Shown: piece by piece, positions 48,040 to 56,997 of the stretch
Position numbering within the stretch: the stretch's first letter is position 1
How the letters are laid out: each line of letters begins with the position of its first letter
Source: Vicinamibacteria bacterium
GTDB taxonomy: Bacteria; Acidobacteriota; Vicinamibacteria; Marinacidobacterales; Marinacidobacteraceae
Direction of reading: 5' to 3'
Assembly (NCBI GenBank): GCA_964291235.2
Contig: OZ219816.1
Span: 928,001-992,000 of the forward strand
Length of the DNA stretch: 64,000 nt
Program-made: the position numbers and the translations under genes
The notes under the pieces: model-generated
Told to the model about the DNA's origin: nothing
The model's input: the letters and a program-made list of their open reading frames with translations, nothing else
Database searches by the model: none

Positions 48040-49674
48040 TCAGGCGCTCAGGAACGGGTAGCGGTAGTCCTTCGCCGGAGCGAAGTTCTCCTTGACCGTC
48101 CGGATGTTCGTCCAGCGGAGCAGGTGGGAACCGAGCCCCGTCTTGTCGTTCGTTCCCGATGCCCGGCCGCCCCCAAAGGGCTGCTGGCCGATCACCGCTC
48201 CCGTGGGCTTGTCGTTGATGTAGAAGTTGCCGGCGGCATGACGGAGTGCGTCGTACGCCTGTTCGGTCGCCAGGCGGTCGTTCGCGAAGATCGCGCCGGT
48301 CAGACCGTACGGCGACGTGCTCCGGCAGAGGTCGAGGGTCTCGGTGTACTGGTTGTCGGGGTAGAAGTAGACCGCCAGCACCGGTCCGAAGATCTCCTCG
48401 GTCATCAGCCGACTCTGCGGGTTGTCCGTCACCACCAGGGTGGGTTCCACAAACCAGCCGACGGAGCGGTCGGCTTTGCCGCCCATCATGACGGTGCATG
48501 ACGGATCTCCGTGCGCGACGCCGAGGTAGCTGGACACCTTGTTGAAGGAACGTTCGTCGATCACGGCACCCATGAAGTTGGAGAAGTCCGTCGGGTCGCC
48601 CATGGTCACGGTCTTCGCTTCGTCGAGGAACCGCTCCAGGAACGCGTCCTTCATGCTGGCCGGCAGGTAGGCGCGGGACGCGGCGGAACACTTCTGTCCC
48701 TGGAACTCGTAGGCGCCCCGAATCAGGTTGGCGACCAGCGCCTCGGAATCGGCGGACTCGTGGGCGACCACGAAGTTCTTGCCGCCCGTTTCGCCGACGA
48801 CCCGGGGATAGGAGCGGTAGTTCGCGATGTTGTCCCCGACCGTCTTCCAGATGTGCTGGAAGGTGGCGGTGGAGCCGGTGAAGTGAACGCCGGCGAGGGT
48901 TTCCTGGGCGAGCGCCGGGGCTCCGATGGTGGGTCCGTGGCCGGGGAGCATGTTGACCACGCCGTCGGGCAGGCCGGCTTCCCGGTAGAGCTCCATCAGG
49001 TAGTACGCCGAGAGCATTTGCGTCTCCGCCGGCTTCCAGACGATGGTGTTCCCCATGATGGCCGGAGCCATCGCCAGGTTCCCGCCGAGGGCGGTGAAGT
49101 TGAACGGGCTCACCGCGAAGATGAATCCCTCGAGGGCCCGGTACTCGAGGTAGTTCCAGACCCCGGGGTCGGGGTCGCCCACCGGCTGTTGGCGCACGAG
49201 CTGGTCGAGGAAGTAGGCGTTGAACCGCAGCATGTCGGCGAACTCGCAGGCCGACTCGATCTCCGCCTGATGGGAGGTCTTCGACTGGCCCAGCATGGTG
49301 GCGGCGTTCATCCGGTAGCGGTGGGGGCCAACCAGCAGGTCGGCCATCCGCAGGTAGAGGCTGGCGCGTGCCCGGTGATCGAGCTCGGACCAGGTCCGCC
49401 ACGCGTCGTCGGCGGCGGCGACGGCCTCCTCGACGAGGTCGGGGGTGGCCTCGTGATAGCGGGCCAGGACGTGGGAGTGGTTGTGCGGCGATCGCACTTC
49501 GGCGATCTTGCCGGTGCGGATTTCCCTGCCACCGATGATGACCGGGATTTCAACGACCTGATTGGACTGGCGGTCGAGCTCGGCCTGGAGGGCCGTGCGG
49601 TCGGCGCTTCCGGCTTCGTAACCGCGTACGGGCTCATTGTTCGGTCGGGGGACGGCCTGAATTCCCTGGCTCAT
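48040..49674 (-). CDS. pruA: L-glutamate gamma-semialdehyde (P5C) dehydrogenase
   Basis: SPFNF, FTGST, ETGGKN, FQGQKCSA, EEIFGP, QQPFGG.R.SGTNDK. Confidence 0.95.
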   Translation of the reverse strand: MSQGIQAVPRPNNEPVRGYEAGSADRTALQAELDRQSNQVVEIPVIIGGREIRTGKIAEVRSPHNHSHVLARYHEATPDLVEEAVAAADDAWRTWSELDHRARASLYLRMADLLVGPHRYRMNAATMLGQSKTSHQAEIESACEFADMLRFNAYFLDQLVRQQPVGDPDPGVWNYLEYRALEGFIFAVSPFNFTALGGNLAMAPAIMGNTIVWKPAETQMLSAYYLMELYREAGLPDGVVNMLPGHGPTIGAPALAQETLAGVHFTGSTATFQHIWKTVGDNIANYRSYPRVVGETGGKNFVVAHESADSEALVANLIRGAYEFQGQKCSAASRAYLPASMKDAFLERFLDEAKTVTMGDPTDFSNFMGAVIDERSFNKVSSYLGVAHGDPSCTVMMGGKADRSVGWFVEPTLVVTDNPQSRLMTEEIFGPVLAVYFYPDNQYTETLDLCRSTSPYGLTGAIFANDRLATEQAYDALRHAAGNFYINDKPTGAVIGQQPFGGGRASGTNDKTGLGSHLLRWTNIRTVKENFAPAKDYRYPFLSA

Positions 49675-49692
49675 TAGACTCTTTCTCCTTAC

Positions 49693-50790
49693 GTGACTAC
49701 GTTTGTTTCCGAGGCTTCGGAAGGCCGGAATGCTAGCCGAGGGAAGCCTTCCGCCGCCGCCCCGCCGTCAGGAGCCACGCTGGCGCGGGAACTGCCGGAC
49801 CAGGTCCGGATGGCGGCGTCCCGGATTCGTCGCTTCCTGGCGGAAACCCCGTTCGAGATCGCAACCGGTTTGAGCCGCCAGCGGGCCGCCACGAAACCCG
49901 GTGGCGTGGTGCGCTGGAAGCTCGAGTGCTTCGGCGTCACGGGCTCGTTCAAGATCCGGGGCGCGCTGAACAAGCTGCTGGTCCTCAGGGACAGCGGCGG
50001 GCCCGAGGTGCTCGGCGAGGGGGTCGTCACGGCATCCACGGGGAATCACGGACGGGCGACGGCGCACGCGCTGTCGTTGCTGGGCGGGCGCGGCGTGGTG
50101 TACCTGCCGCAGACGGTCGCCGAATCGAAAAAGCGAGTCCTCGAGGAGCAGTACGGCGACGTTGTCGAGTTACGCCTGGTGGGCGACGATGCGGTGGAGT
50201 CCGAGGTTGCCGCGCGGGAAGCGGCGGCCCGCAGCGGACGGCCCTTCATCTCGCCCTACAACGACCCGGACGTCATCGCGGGGCAGGGAACCGTCGGTTT
50301 CGAGATGGATGCCGCGCTTGGCGACGAGACGCTCGACGCGGTCCTGGTGGCGGTGGGCGGCGGCGGGCTGATCGCCGGGATCGCCGGCTGGTTGAAGCAT
50401 GCCCGTCCCGGGATTCGCGTCGTGGGATGCCAGCCGCGGGCGTCAGCGGTGATGGCCGCCTCGGTGCGGGCCGGCCGCATCCTCGAATCCGGGACCGACG
50501 TGGCGTTCGAGCCCACCCTCGCCGACGCGGTGGCGGGCGGTGTCGAGGACGGCGCGTTCACCCTCGATCTCTGCCGGACGCTGGTGGACGAATGGGTTCT
50601 CCTCGACGAGGACGAAATCGCCGACGGCATGCGGCTCGTGCTCCGGGAGCGGTTTTGCATGGTGGAGGGCGCCGCGGCTTTGCCGGTGGCCGCCCTATCC
50701 CACCTGGATCCGCAGCTCGCCTCCGTCGGGCTGGTGCTCAGCGGCGCCGGAATCAGCCGGGACGGCCTCCGGAAGCTGGTCGGGGAGTAG
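49693..50790 (+). CDS. PLP-dependent threonine/serine dehydratase family protein
   Basis: GSFKIRGA, STGNHG, AGQGT, VGGGGL, EGAAA; start uncertain. Confidence 0.9.
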   Translation: MTTFVSEASEGRNASRGKPSAAAPPSGATLARELPDQVRMAASRIRRFLAETPFEIATGLSRQRAATKPGGVVRWKLECFGVTGSFKIRGALNKLLVLRDSGGPEVLGEGVVTASTGNHGRATAHALSLLGGRGVVYLPQTVAESKKRVLEEQYGDVVELRLVGDDAVESEVAAREAAARSGRPFISPYNDPDVIAGQGTVGFEMDAALGDETLDAVLVAVGGGGLIAGIAGWLKHARPGIRVVGCQPRASAVMAASVRAGRILESGTDVAFEPTLADAVAGGVEDGAFTLDLCRTLVDEWVLLDEDEIADGMRLVLRERFCMVEGAAALPVAALSHLDPQLASVGLVLSGAGISRDGLRKLVGE

Positions 50791-50811
50791 GCGGGGGAGC
50801 CCCGGGCAGGC

Positions 50812-51160
50812 GGGGAACGCCGGCCTCCAGGCCGGCACAGCGGGCAGCACGCCCGCGGCGGCATAGACCCCATCTGTCGGAATGGTTCCCCTCCCGGCGG
50901 GGACCCCCAATAAGCCTTGCCGACGCGGACCGCACGGGAACGCCGACCTCCAGGTCGGCACAGCCGCGCCGGAGGCGGGGCGGCGGCCCCGACCCCCCAG
51001 CGTCAGGATTGTTCCCCTCTCGGCGCCGACCCCCGTAGCCTTGGCGTCGCCCAGGCACGGGAACGCCGGTCTCCAGACCGGCACAGCCCCGCGAAGCGGG
51101 GCGGCGGGACACCCTCCCAGCGTCAGGATTGTTCCCCTCCCGGCGGGCCCCATCAGCCTT
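50812..51160 (+). repeat. Three tandem ~123-bp REP/BIME-like units between convergent genes
   Basis: GGGAACGCC..CTCCAG..CGGCACAGC at 50813, 50936 and 51059 (123-bp spacing); second motif GTTCCCCTC at 50885, 51011 and 51131. Confidence 0.85.
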
Positions 51161-51207
51161 TCCGACCTGACGCTGAGGGGCCGGGCCACACGAAGGTCAG
51201 CCCGTTG

Positions 51208-51726
51208 TCAGTTGTCGGCCGGCGCGGAGGCCGTGTTCGAAGGAGGCGGCGCGTGTGGTGTGTTGGTCGTGATCAGTAGCGTGGAAAGGAGCACGCCCGC
51301 AATCCCGACCCACAGCAGCGGACCGCCCCGCAGCCGCCCTCCGGACAGGAGCAAGGTGGACACCGCGGTGATAGTCACCGCGCCGCCGAAGACCACCGGC
51401 ATTACGGCGTGCGGGATGCGGGCGCCGCCGGTGAACATCGCCATCGTGAGGCCAAACGCTCCCAGCGCCCCGAGGAGCCCGGCGGCGAACCCCCAGGCGA
51501 GGCTGCTTCCGGCAAGCGGGGTGAAGGAGAAGTTGTCTCCCCGGAGCCACATTCCCACGGCGCCGCCCGCGATCGCCACCACCAGGTAGGCGATCCCGAT
51601 CCCCAGGTAGGGCTTGAAGGGGCTGGCGGTGGCGTCGGCGAGCCGCGCCTGACCGAGAGTCGGTCCGTAGAGCCCCCAGGCGAGGGCGGTGACCAGGGCG
51701 AAGAGGAAGGGAAGAGCGCTACGCAT
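51208..51726 (-). CDS. Small multi-pass membrane protein (DMT/EamA-like half transporter)
   Basis: About five TM helices, WGLYGP, MPVVFGGA; GGAGG RBS; corresponds to the 3' end of the long track ORF. Confidence 0.75.
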   Translation of the reverse strand: MRSALPFLFALVTALAWGLYGPTLGQARLADATASPFKPYLGIGIAYLVVAIAGGAVGMWLRGDNFSFTPLAGSSLAWGFAAGLLGALGAFGLTMAMFTGGARIPHAVMPVVFGGAVTITAVSTLLLSGGRLRGGPLLWVGIAGVLLSTLLITTNTPHAPPPSNTASAPADN

Positions 51727-51819
51727 GGGTGCCTCCGGGCGGCTCGGATCATACGGACCCGGGCGATTCCCGTGGCACACTCCGCGCGCATCCGGCGCGC
51801 GCCCGCCTCGCACTCCCGC

Positions 51820-52965
51820 ATGACGGCAAACGAAACACTCCAGCAGTTGGCTGCCGAAGGCGGCGTACCCGGGCCGCGCGGTTTTCTCCCGCCCTACGAG
51901 CCGCTCCGGCGGCTGCCGCCGGGATTCGAGCCGTGGGAAGAGATCGCCGCCGACCTTTCCGTCCGCTACCTTGTAGGCCGAATCCGCGCCGATCTTGCCG
52001 GGCTTCCGGAACTTGACCCCGCTCCCCTCCAGGATGGTCCGGAGGTGGAGCGGGCCATGCTGCTGCTGGGGTTCTTTGCGGGCGCCTATGTTCACGCCGC
52101 CGATTCCCCGGCGGCCAGCCTGCCGCCGCCACTGGCGCGCCCGTTGCTCGCGCTCTCCCGGAGGCTCGGACGCCCGCCGATTCTGGCCTATGCGAGCCTC
52201 AACATGCACAACTGGCGGCGGCTCGACCCGGCGGGTCCGATTGCCCTCCAAAACGTGGTGAACCTGCTCGGCGTGCATGGCAGCACCGACGAAACCTGGT
52301 TCCTTACCGGAGCGGTGGCCATCGAAGCGTGCGGGGGCGAAGAACCGGCCCGGATCGTTCGGGCGGCGATCGCGGCGGAAGCGAGAGACGCCGACACGGT
52401 CACCTCCGAACTCGAACGGTTGACCCGGACGATCGGCGAGATCACCGTCCTGACCGAGCGAACCCGCGAGGCCTGCGACCCGTACGTCTTCTACCGGCGG
52501 GTGCGCCCGCCGTACGCCGGCTGGTCCGAGCCCGGCGTCTTTTATGCGGGGACCGACGTGGCGGCGCCACTCGTCCTCGCCGGAGCGAGCGCCGCGCAGA
52601 GCCCGCTCATCCAGTGTTTCGATGCCGCGCTTTCCATCGAACACCCGGAAGCGGCCCGGTCCCCGCATCTTGAGATGCGGCGTTACATGAACCCGCCGCA
52701 TCGGCGTTTCGTGGCTGCCGTGGAGCGAAGCGGCGCCATCCGCCGCTTGGCGGCGGCGGGTCACAGCCGGGCGGTCACCGATGCCTACGACGCCGCGCTG
52801 GACGCGTTCACTCAATTTCGACGCACCCACCTGGCGGTCGTCACCGACTACATCGCGCGCCAGGCCGACCCGGGAACTCCGGCGCTCGGGACCGGGGGAA
52901 CGGACTTCGGGCGCTTCCTCGGAGGGACGCTTGCGGGCGTCGAGAACGCGCGCCTCAAGCGCTGA
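51820..52965 (+). CDS. Indoleamine 2,3-dioxygenase (IDO family heme dioxygenase)
   Basis: LGRPPILAYA..NW, DETWF, FY.RVRP..GW, GASAAQS, MRRYM..HRRF, FRRTH...V.DYI (proximal His), GTGGT. Confidence 0.88.
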   Translation: MTANETLQQLAAEGGVPGPRGFLPPYEPLRRLPPGFEPWEEIAADLSVRYLVGRIRADLAGLPELDPAPLQDGPEVERAMLLLGFFAGAYVHAADSPAASLPPPLARPLLALSRRLGRPPILAYASLNMHNWRRLDPAGPIALQNVVNLLGVHGSTDETWFLTGAVAIEACGGEEPARIVRAAIAAEARDADTVTSELERLTRTIGEITVLTERTREACDPYVFYRRVRPPYAGWSEPGVFYAGTDVAAPLVLAGASAAQSPLIQCFDAALSIEHPEAARSPHLEMRRYMNPPHRRFVAAVERSGAIRRLAAAGHSRAVTDAYDAALDAFTQFRRTHLAVVTDYIARQADPGTPALGTGGTDFGRFLGGTLAGVENARLKR

Positions 52966-53021
52966 CTGCGGCAGGGCCGGGGAGGAACGGGTGATCGTCC
53001 ACCCCGTCGCGCGAGCCGGTA

Positions 53022-55178
53022 TTACTCGGCCGCTGGCGAACGGTCCTCGCGCGGCACGAGCCGTACGGCCCAGAGTCCGCTGTTGAAGTCGGAGAAGAAG
53101 ATCGTGCCCTTGTGCGGTTGCGGACCCCAGACGAAGGGTGCGTTCGCGATGAACCCATCCGGATCGTCCGAATAGAACTTCGCCACTTCCCGCCCCTGCC
53201 GGTAGAGGTCGCCCACGAGTTCTCCGGATACGTCCACGACGCGAAGCCCGCCATTGAAGTAGGCGACGTACATGAGGTCCTTCTCGTAGTCGATCCAGAG
53301 GTTGTGGGGACCGGCTTCCGGCACCCGGTAGCGGGCGATCTCCACGGGGTTTTCCGGGTCGTCGAACTCGTTGAAGTGGATGAATCCCATCGCCCGGGAG
53401 GGCATGCGCTCCTGCCAGGCAATGATCGGTCCGGGAATCCGCGGGTTGATGGGGTGGGACTCGTCGCCGGTCACGACGTAGAAGCGGTTCGCCGAGCGGC
53501 TCCGGAAGGGCCAGATGGCGTGGTTCCACCCGGTGAGCTGGTAGAGGCGGCCCATCTCGACCGGGTTCTGGGGCGATCCTCCCAGGCCGCCACCGCCCAC
53601 GTCCACGACCACCATGCCGTCGGTGTTGCCCGCCTGGAAGGCGATCCCGTCATGGATCCAGACGTCATGGACGCTGCGCCCGGGGCGGGGGTCCTCGAAC
53701 CGGGAGACGCGGAAGGGGTTCCTCGGATCCTCGGCGTTGACCACGTCCCAGCGCCGGCCGTTGTTGATGGCGTAGATGTGTCCCTCGTGAAAGAACACGT
53801 TGTGAACTCCTCCGGTGAGTTCATCGTCGAAGCGGGAGAGGATCTCGGGATTCCGCGGATCGGAGACGTCCACGATCACGAACCCGTTGCGCCGGTTCGA
53901 GGCGCCCTCGCGGGTGATGACGGCTATCCGGCCGTCTTCGGAAACCTTGACGTCGTTCACGGTGCGGGCGTCCACCTGCACCTCGGAGATGCGCTGCATG
54001 TTGGCGGGGTCCGTGACGTCGAAGAACAGCGCGTGTCCGTCGGCGTTCCAGGTCCCGAGGGCGGCGTAATCCCGGCCGTCGGTCCCTTCCCAGATCCACA
54101 GGTCGGAGCTTGCCCGGTCGCGGACCGGCGCGTGGCCCACGAACTCCATCGCCATCTCGATGTCGCGCGGAACCACCTGGATCGCCCGCTCGGCTCGCGC
54201 CGGCCCGGAGGACGCCGAAACCACGTAGAGCCCCGGCTGTTCGGCCACGAATCTGCCGTCGGTGAGGAGTTGGGCGGGGGCGCCGGCGCCCACCGTGTCG
54301 AACCGGCTGGGGTCGGGGTGCGATTCGAGCGAAAAGCGCACGGGGGCGCCTTCGACGGGTCGGCCGGCCGCGTCCGCGACGGTAGTGGCAAGCCGCACCA
54401 CGTCGCCGGTCCGCACTGCGGAGTCACCGAGGGAGGAGCGGAGCTCGAGGGAGCGCGCGGGATTCGGCACGACTTCGATGTGCGCTTCGACCGAGAGCTC
54501 ACCGAGCCTTGCCGTGATGGTTGCGTTCCCGGGGTTGAGTGCCCTGAGGATGCCGGCCGCCTCACCGGCATACGTTGGGGGCCGGGGCCGGTCGTAGAAC
54601 GGATGGGCGTGGTAGGTGCCTTCGAAGATAGGCCCGAAGGCGGCAGCCGCCGCGACGCCCGCCGGCTCGACGGTGATCTCGGGCCGCACGTCACGCGGTT
54701 CCGATCCCTCGTCCTCAGCCAACAGCCGGATCGGCACGCTGGCCCCCACGAGCACCTCGGCGGGCATTTCCACAAAGCTCAGGGTGGCAAGTTCCGAAGG
54801 CAGGATTTCGACCGGGATCTCGATCCGGATGCCCGGGTCGTCCGCCCGCGTGAACCCGGGCGTGGTCCCGGCCGCCGGGGAGAGCGCCACCAGCGTGTGG
54901 CTGCCCGCCCGGTGGGCGGTGACCACCCCGGTATGGGAGACGCTGACGTCCGCGGGGTCGAGCGAGAAGAAGAGCACCCGCGCCCCCGAGTCCACCGTTC
55001 CGTCCGCGGCCGTAACGGTGGCCACGAGGCTGCCGGTCTGTCCTACGCGCAGGTTCAGCGACTCGGGAGCGACCGTAAGTTGCCGCTCCTGCCCTGAAGC
55101 CGAAGCGACAACGGCCGCGGCCGCTGCCAGCGCCAGAATGGCTGAGGAAAACCGCGATGAGATCCGCCCGAAAGTCAT
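53022..55178 (-). CDS. Exported protein with Ig-like domains and LVIVD-repeat propeller
   Basis: Signal peptide, Big-like N-terminus, repeated IVDVSDP.NP-type motifs, His-rich motifs (GVHN, SVHD, WNH, GPHN). Confidence 0.8.
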   Translation of the reverse strand: MTFGRISSRFSSAILALAAAAAVVASASGQERQLTVAPESLNLRVGQTGSLVATVTAADGTVDSGARVLFFSLDPADVSVSHTGVVTAHRAGSHTLVALSPAAGTTPGFTRADDPGIRIEIPVEILPSELATLSFVEMPAEVLVGASVPIRLLAEDEGSEPRDVRPEITVEPAGVAAAAAFGPIFEGTYHAHPFYDRPRPPTYAGEAAGILRALNPGNATITARLGELSVEAHIEVVPNPARSLELRSSLGDSAVRTGDVVRLATTVADAAGRPVEGAPVRFSLESHPDPSRFDTVGAGAPAQLLTDGRFVAEQPGLYVVSASSGPARAERAIQVVPRDIEMAMEFVGHAPVRDRASSDLWIWEGTDGRDYAALGTWNADGHALFFDVTDPANMQRISEVQVDARTVNDVKVSEDGRIAVITREGASNRRNGFVIVDVSDPRNPEILSRFDDELTGGVHNVFFHEGHIYAINNGRRWDVVNAEDPRNPFRVSRFEDPRPGRSVHDVWIHDGIAFQAGNTDGMVVVDVGGGGLGGSPQNPVEMGRLYQLTGWNHAIWPFRSRSANRFYVVTGDESHPINPRIPGPIIAWQERMPSRAMGFIHFNEFDDPENPVEIARYRVPEAGPHNLWIDYEKDLMYVAYFNGGLRVVDVSGELVGDLYRQGREVAKFYSDDPDGFIANAPFVWGPQPHKGTIFFSDFNSGLWAVRLVPREDRSPAAE

Positions 55179-55271
55179 CGTTCAAGAGTAAGTCAAGACG
55201 CCTTGGCCAGGCCAAGCGGACCCCCGAACCGCGCCGGCTCGTGATCTTGCGAGGGGAATGTGGCGGGGCAA

Positions 55272-55297
55272 TGAAGAATTCGAACCCCTGGCGCGTA
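55272..55297 (+). promoter_or_regulatory. Candidate ECF-sigma autoregulatory promoter
   Basis: TGAAGA-N16-CGTA, close to the SigW-type TGAAAC-N16-CGTA. Confidence 0.45.
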
Positions 55298-55314
55298 GTT
55301 CCCCAGTAGAAAAC

Positions 55315-55896
55315 GTGAGAGACGAGATTTCCGCCACCGCCGCCGTTCCTCGCGGCCGGCCCGGAGAGCCCGATCCGGAAGAACAGGAATGGATCCGGCG
55401 GTGCCGGAACGGCAGCCGGCGCGCCTACGAACCGCTGGTACGCCGCTACGCGCGCTGGGCCGAGGCCTATGCGTATCGCCGGGTCGGGGACCGGGAAGAG
55501 GCGCGCGACCTGGCCCAGGAGGCGTTCGCGCGGGCATTTCACGCCATGCCGCGGTTCCGCCTGGGGCGTCCCTTCCTGCCCTGGTTCCTGACCATCCTGG
55601 ACAACCTTTGCCGGAGCTATCTCCGCCGGCGCCGTCCGGAAATCGGCCTTGACCAGGCCCCGGAACCCGCATCCGACGGAGGCATGCGCTCGATCGATCA
55701 GCGGCTCCTGTTGGAACGCGGTCTTGAAGGTCTATCCGAAGAACAGCGCCGGGTCGTCGTGATGCGCGACGTCGAGGGGTATGTCCACCGCGAAGTCGCG
55801 GAGCGACTCGGGATTCCCGAGGGGACGGTGATGTCCCGGCTCCACACCGCCCGCCGCCGCCTGCGGCGGTTCCTCGCGGGCGGCAGCCGGACGTGA
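55315..55896 (+). CDS. ECF RNA polymerase sigma factor
   Basis: DLAQEAF.RAF, F.PW...I..N, EVAERLGIPEGTVMSRLH.AR; start at GTG 55315 or ATG 55258. Confidence 0.93.
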   Translation: MRDEISATAAVPRGRPGEPDPEEQEWIRRCRNGSRRAYEPLVRRYARWAEAYAYRRVGDREEARDLAQEAFARAFHAMPRFRLGRPFLPWFLTILDNLCRSYLRRRRPEIGLDQAPEPASDGGMRSIDQRLLLERGLEGLSEEQRRVVVMRDVEGYVHREVAERLGIPEGTVMSRLHTARRRLRRFLAGGSRT

Positions 55897-55922
55897 GGCG
55901 CCGGCCAAAAGGAGGCAACCTG

Positions 55923-56294
55923 ATGAACGATCACGACCCGAACAGCGGTCCGCGGGCCTCTGGACGGATTCCCGAAGACGCCCCGGGGGCGCCGGAAATC
56001 GAAGCGCGTCCCGGCGATTGGGACGACGCGGCGATGGACCGTTTCTGGCTCGGGGTCTATTCCCGGCTGGAACGCGGCCTTGCCTGGACGCTGATCTCCG
56101 CCTCGGGGGCCGTCCTGCTCGGCTACTGGGCGTACCAGTTCGCTACCGAATTCATGGCTGACGCATCCGTCCCGATGGTGGTTCGTTTCGGAACCGCGGG
56201 ATTCCTGCTCGGCATTCTCCTTCTCCTGCTGGGAGCGGTCCGTGAGCGGATCCGCGCCCGTTCCACCGACCCGTTCCGGAGGGTCCGACGATGA
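55923..56294 (+). CDS. Two-TM putative anti-sigma protein
   Basis: Directly follows the ECF gene; FWLGVYSRLERGLAW, two TM helices; GGAGG RBS. Confidence 0.7.
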   Translation: MNDHDPNSGPRASGRIPEDAPGAPEIEARPGDWDDAAMDRFWLGVYSRLERGLAWTLISASGAVLLGYWAYQFATEFMADASVPMVVRFGTAGFLLGILLLLLGAVRERIRARSTDPFRRVRR

Positions 56295-56608
56295 TTGTGA
56301 GCACTACCAACGAAGTCCCCGGCGCCGAAGTCGCAGCCGTATTGGGTATCGCCCGCGGCAACACGATCCGCGCCCGCCACGTCGGCCGCGACATCATGGC
56401 CGGCCTCAAGGGGGTGGTCGGCGGCGAGGTCGAGTCCTATACGAAGCTCATGGCCGAGAGCCGCGAGCAGGCGATGGCCCGGATGATCGAGCACGCCGAG
56501 GCGCTCGGCGCCGACGCCATCGTGGGCATGCGGGTCGCGACTTCCGTGCTCATGACCACCGCGGCCGAGATCCTCGCCTACGGCACCGCGGTGAAACTCC
56601 GCCGGTAG
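56291..56608 (+). CDS. YbjQ/UPF0145 family protein
   Basis: GRDIMAGLKGVVGGEV..YT, A..LGADAIVG.R, EILAYGTAV. Confidence 0.93.
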   Translation: MIVSTTNEVPGAEVAAVLGIARGNTIRARHVGRDIMAGLKGVVGGEVESYTKLMAESREQAMARMIEHAEALGADAIVGMRVATSVLMTTAAEILAYGTAVKLRR

Positions 56609-56886
56609 GGTGAGAACGCCAGCCGATCCTTCCGGTGGGGGCCGGCACAGCGGCGCGCAGCGCCGCGGGCGGTTCCTCGCTGCTCGCGCTCACGGGGTCC
56701 TCTCCGAGAGAGGGAGCCATCCTGGCCAGCCAGGTCCGTCCCGCCGCCCGCCTGCGGCGGGCTGTGCCGGCCTGGAGGCCGGCGTTCCCGTGCCTGTCCG
56801 ACATCTGAGGCTGGTGGGGTTCCCGCCGAGAGGGGAACCATCCTGCATCGATCTCTACGACGGAGGGATGAGAAATCCGGACTAAG
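56609..56886 (-). repeat. Third cluster of the REP-like family, including the same terminal sequence as 21360-21424
   Basis: 56761-56794 is identical to 21298-21331; 56821-56885 matches 21360-21424; degenerate hairpin B at about 56695. Confidence 0.85.
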
Positions 56887-56997
56887 TCAGAACTTTAGGC
56901 GGGCTTTGCGCGACCTCGGCCGCATCCTGTAGTCCCGATGGCGCCCGGCGCACGTGTCGCCGCGACAGAGCCTGCCGACCGGATAGGGTAGGAGGCC

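Noticed and set aside
50812-51160. CRISPR array (regularly spaced palindromic repeats; GTTCCCC resembles type I-E repeats)
   Set aside because: The 123-bp period is too long, linkers are partly homologous to each other, copies are dispersed in both orientations and there are no cas genes
51727-53529. 773-aa minus-strand ORF as a single protein
   Set aside because: Only the last ~172 codons are a credible membrane protein; the rest is antisense to IDO and out of frame with the LVIVD gene
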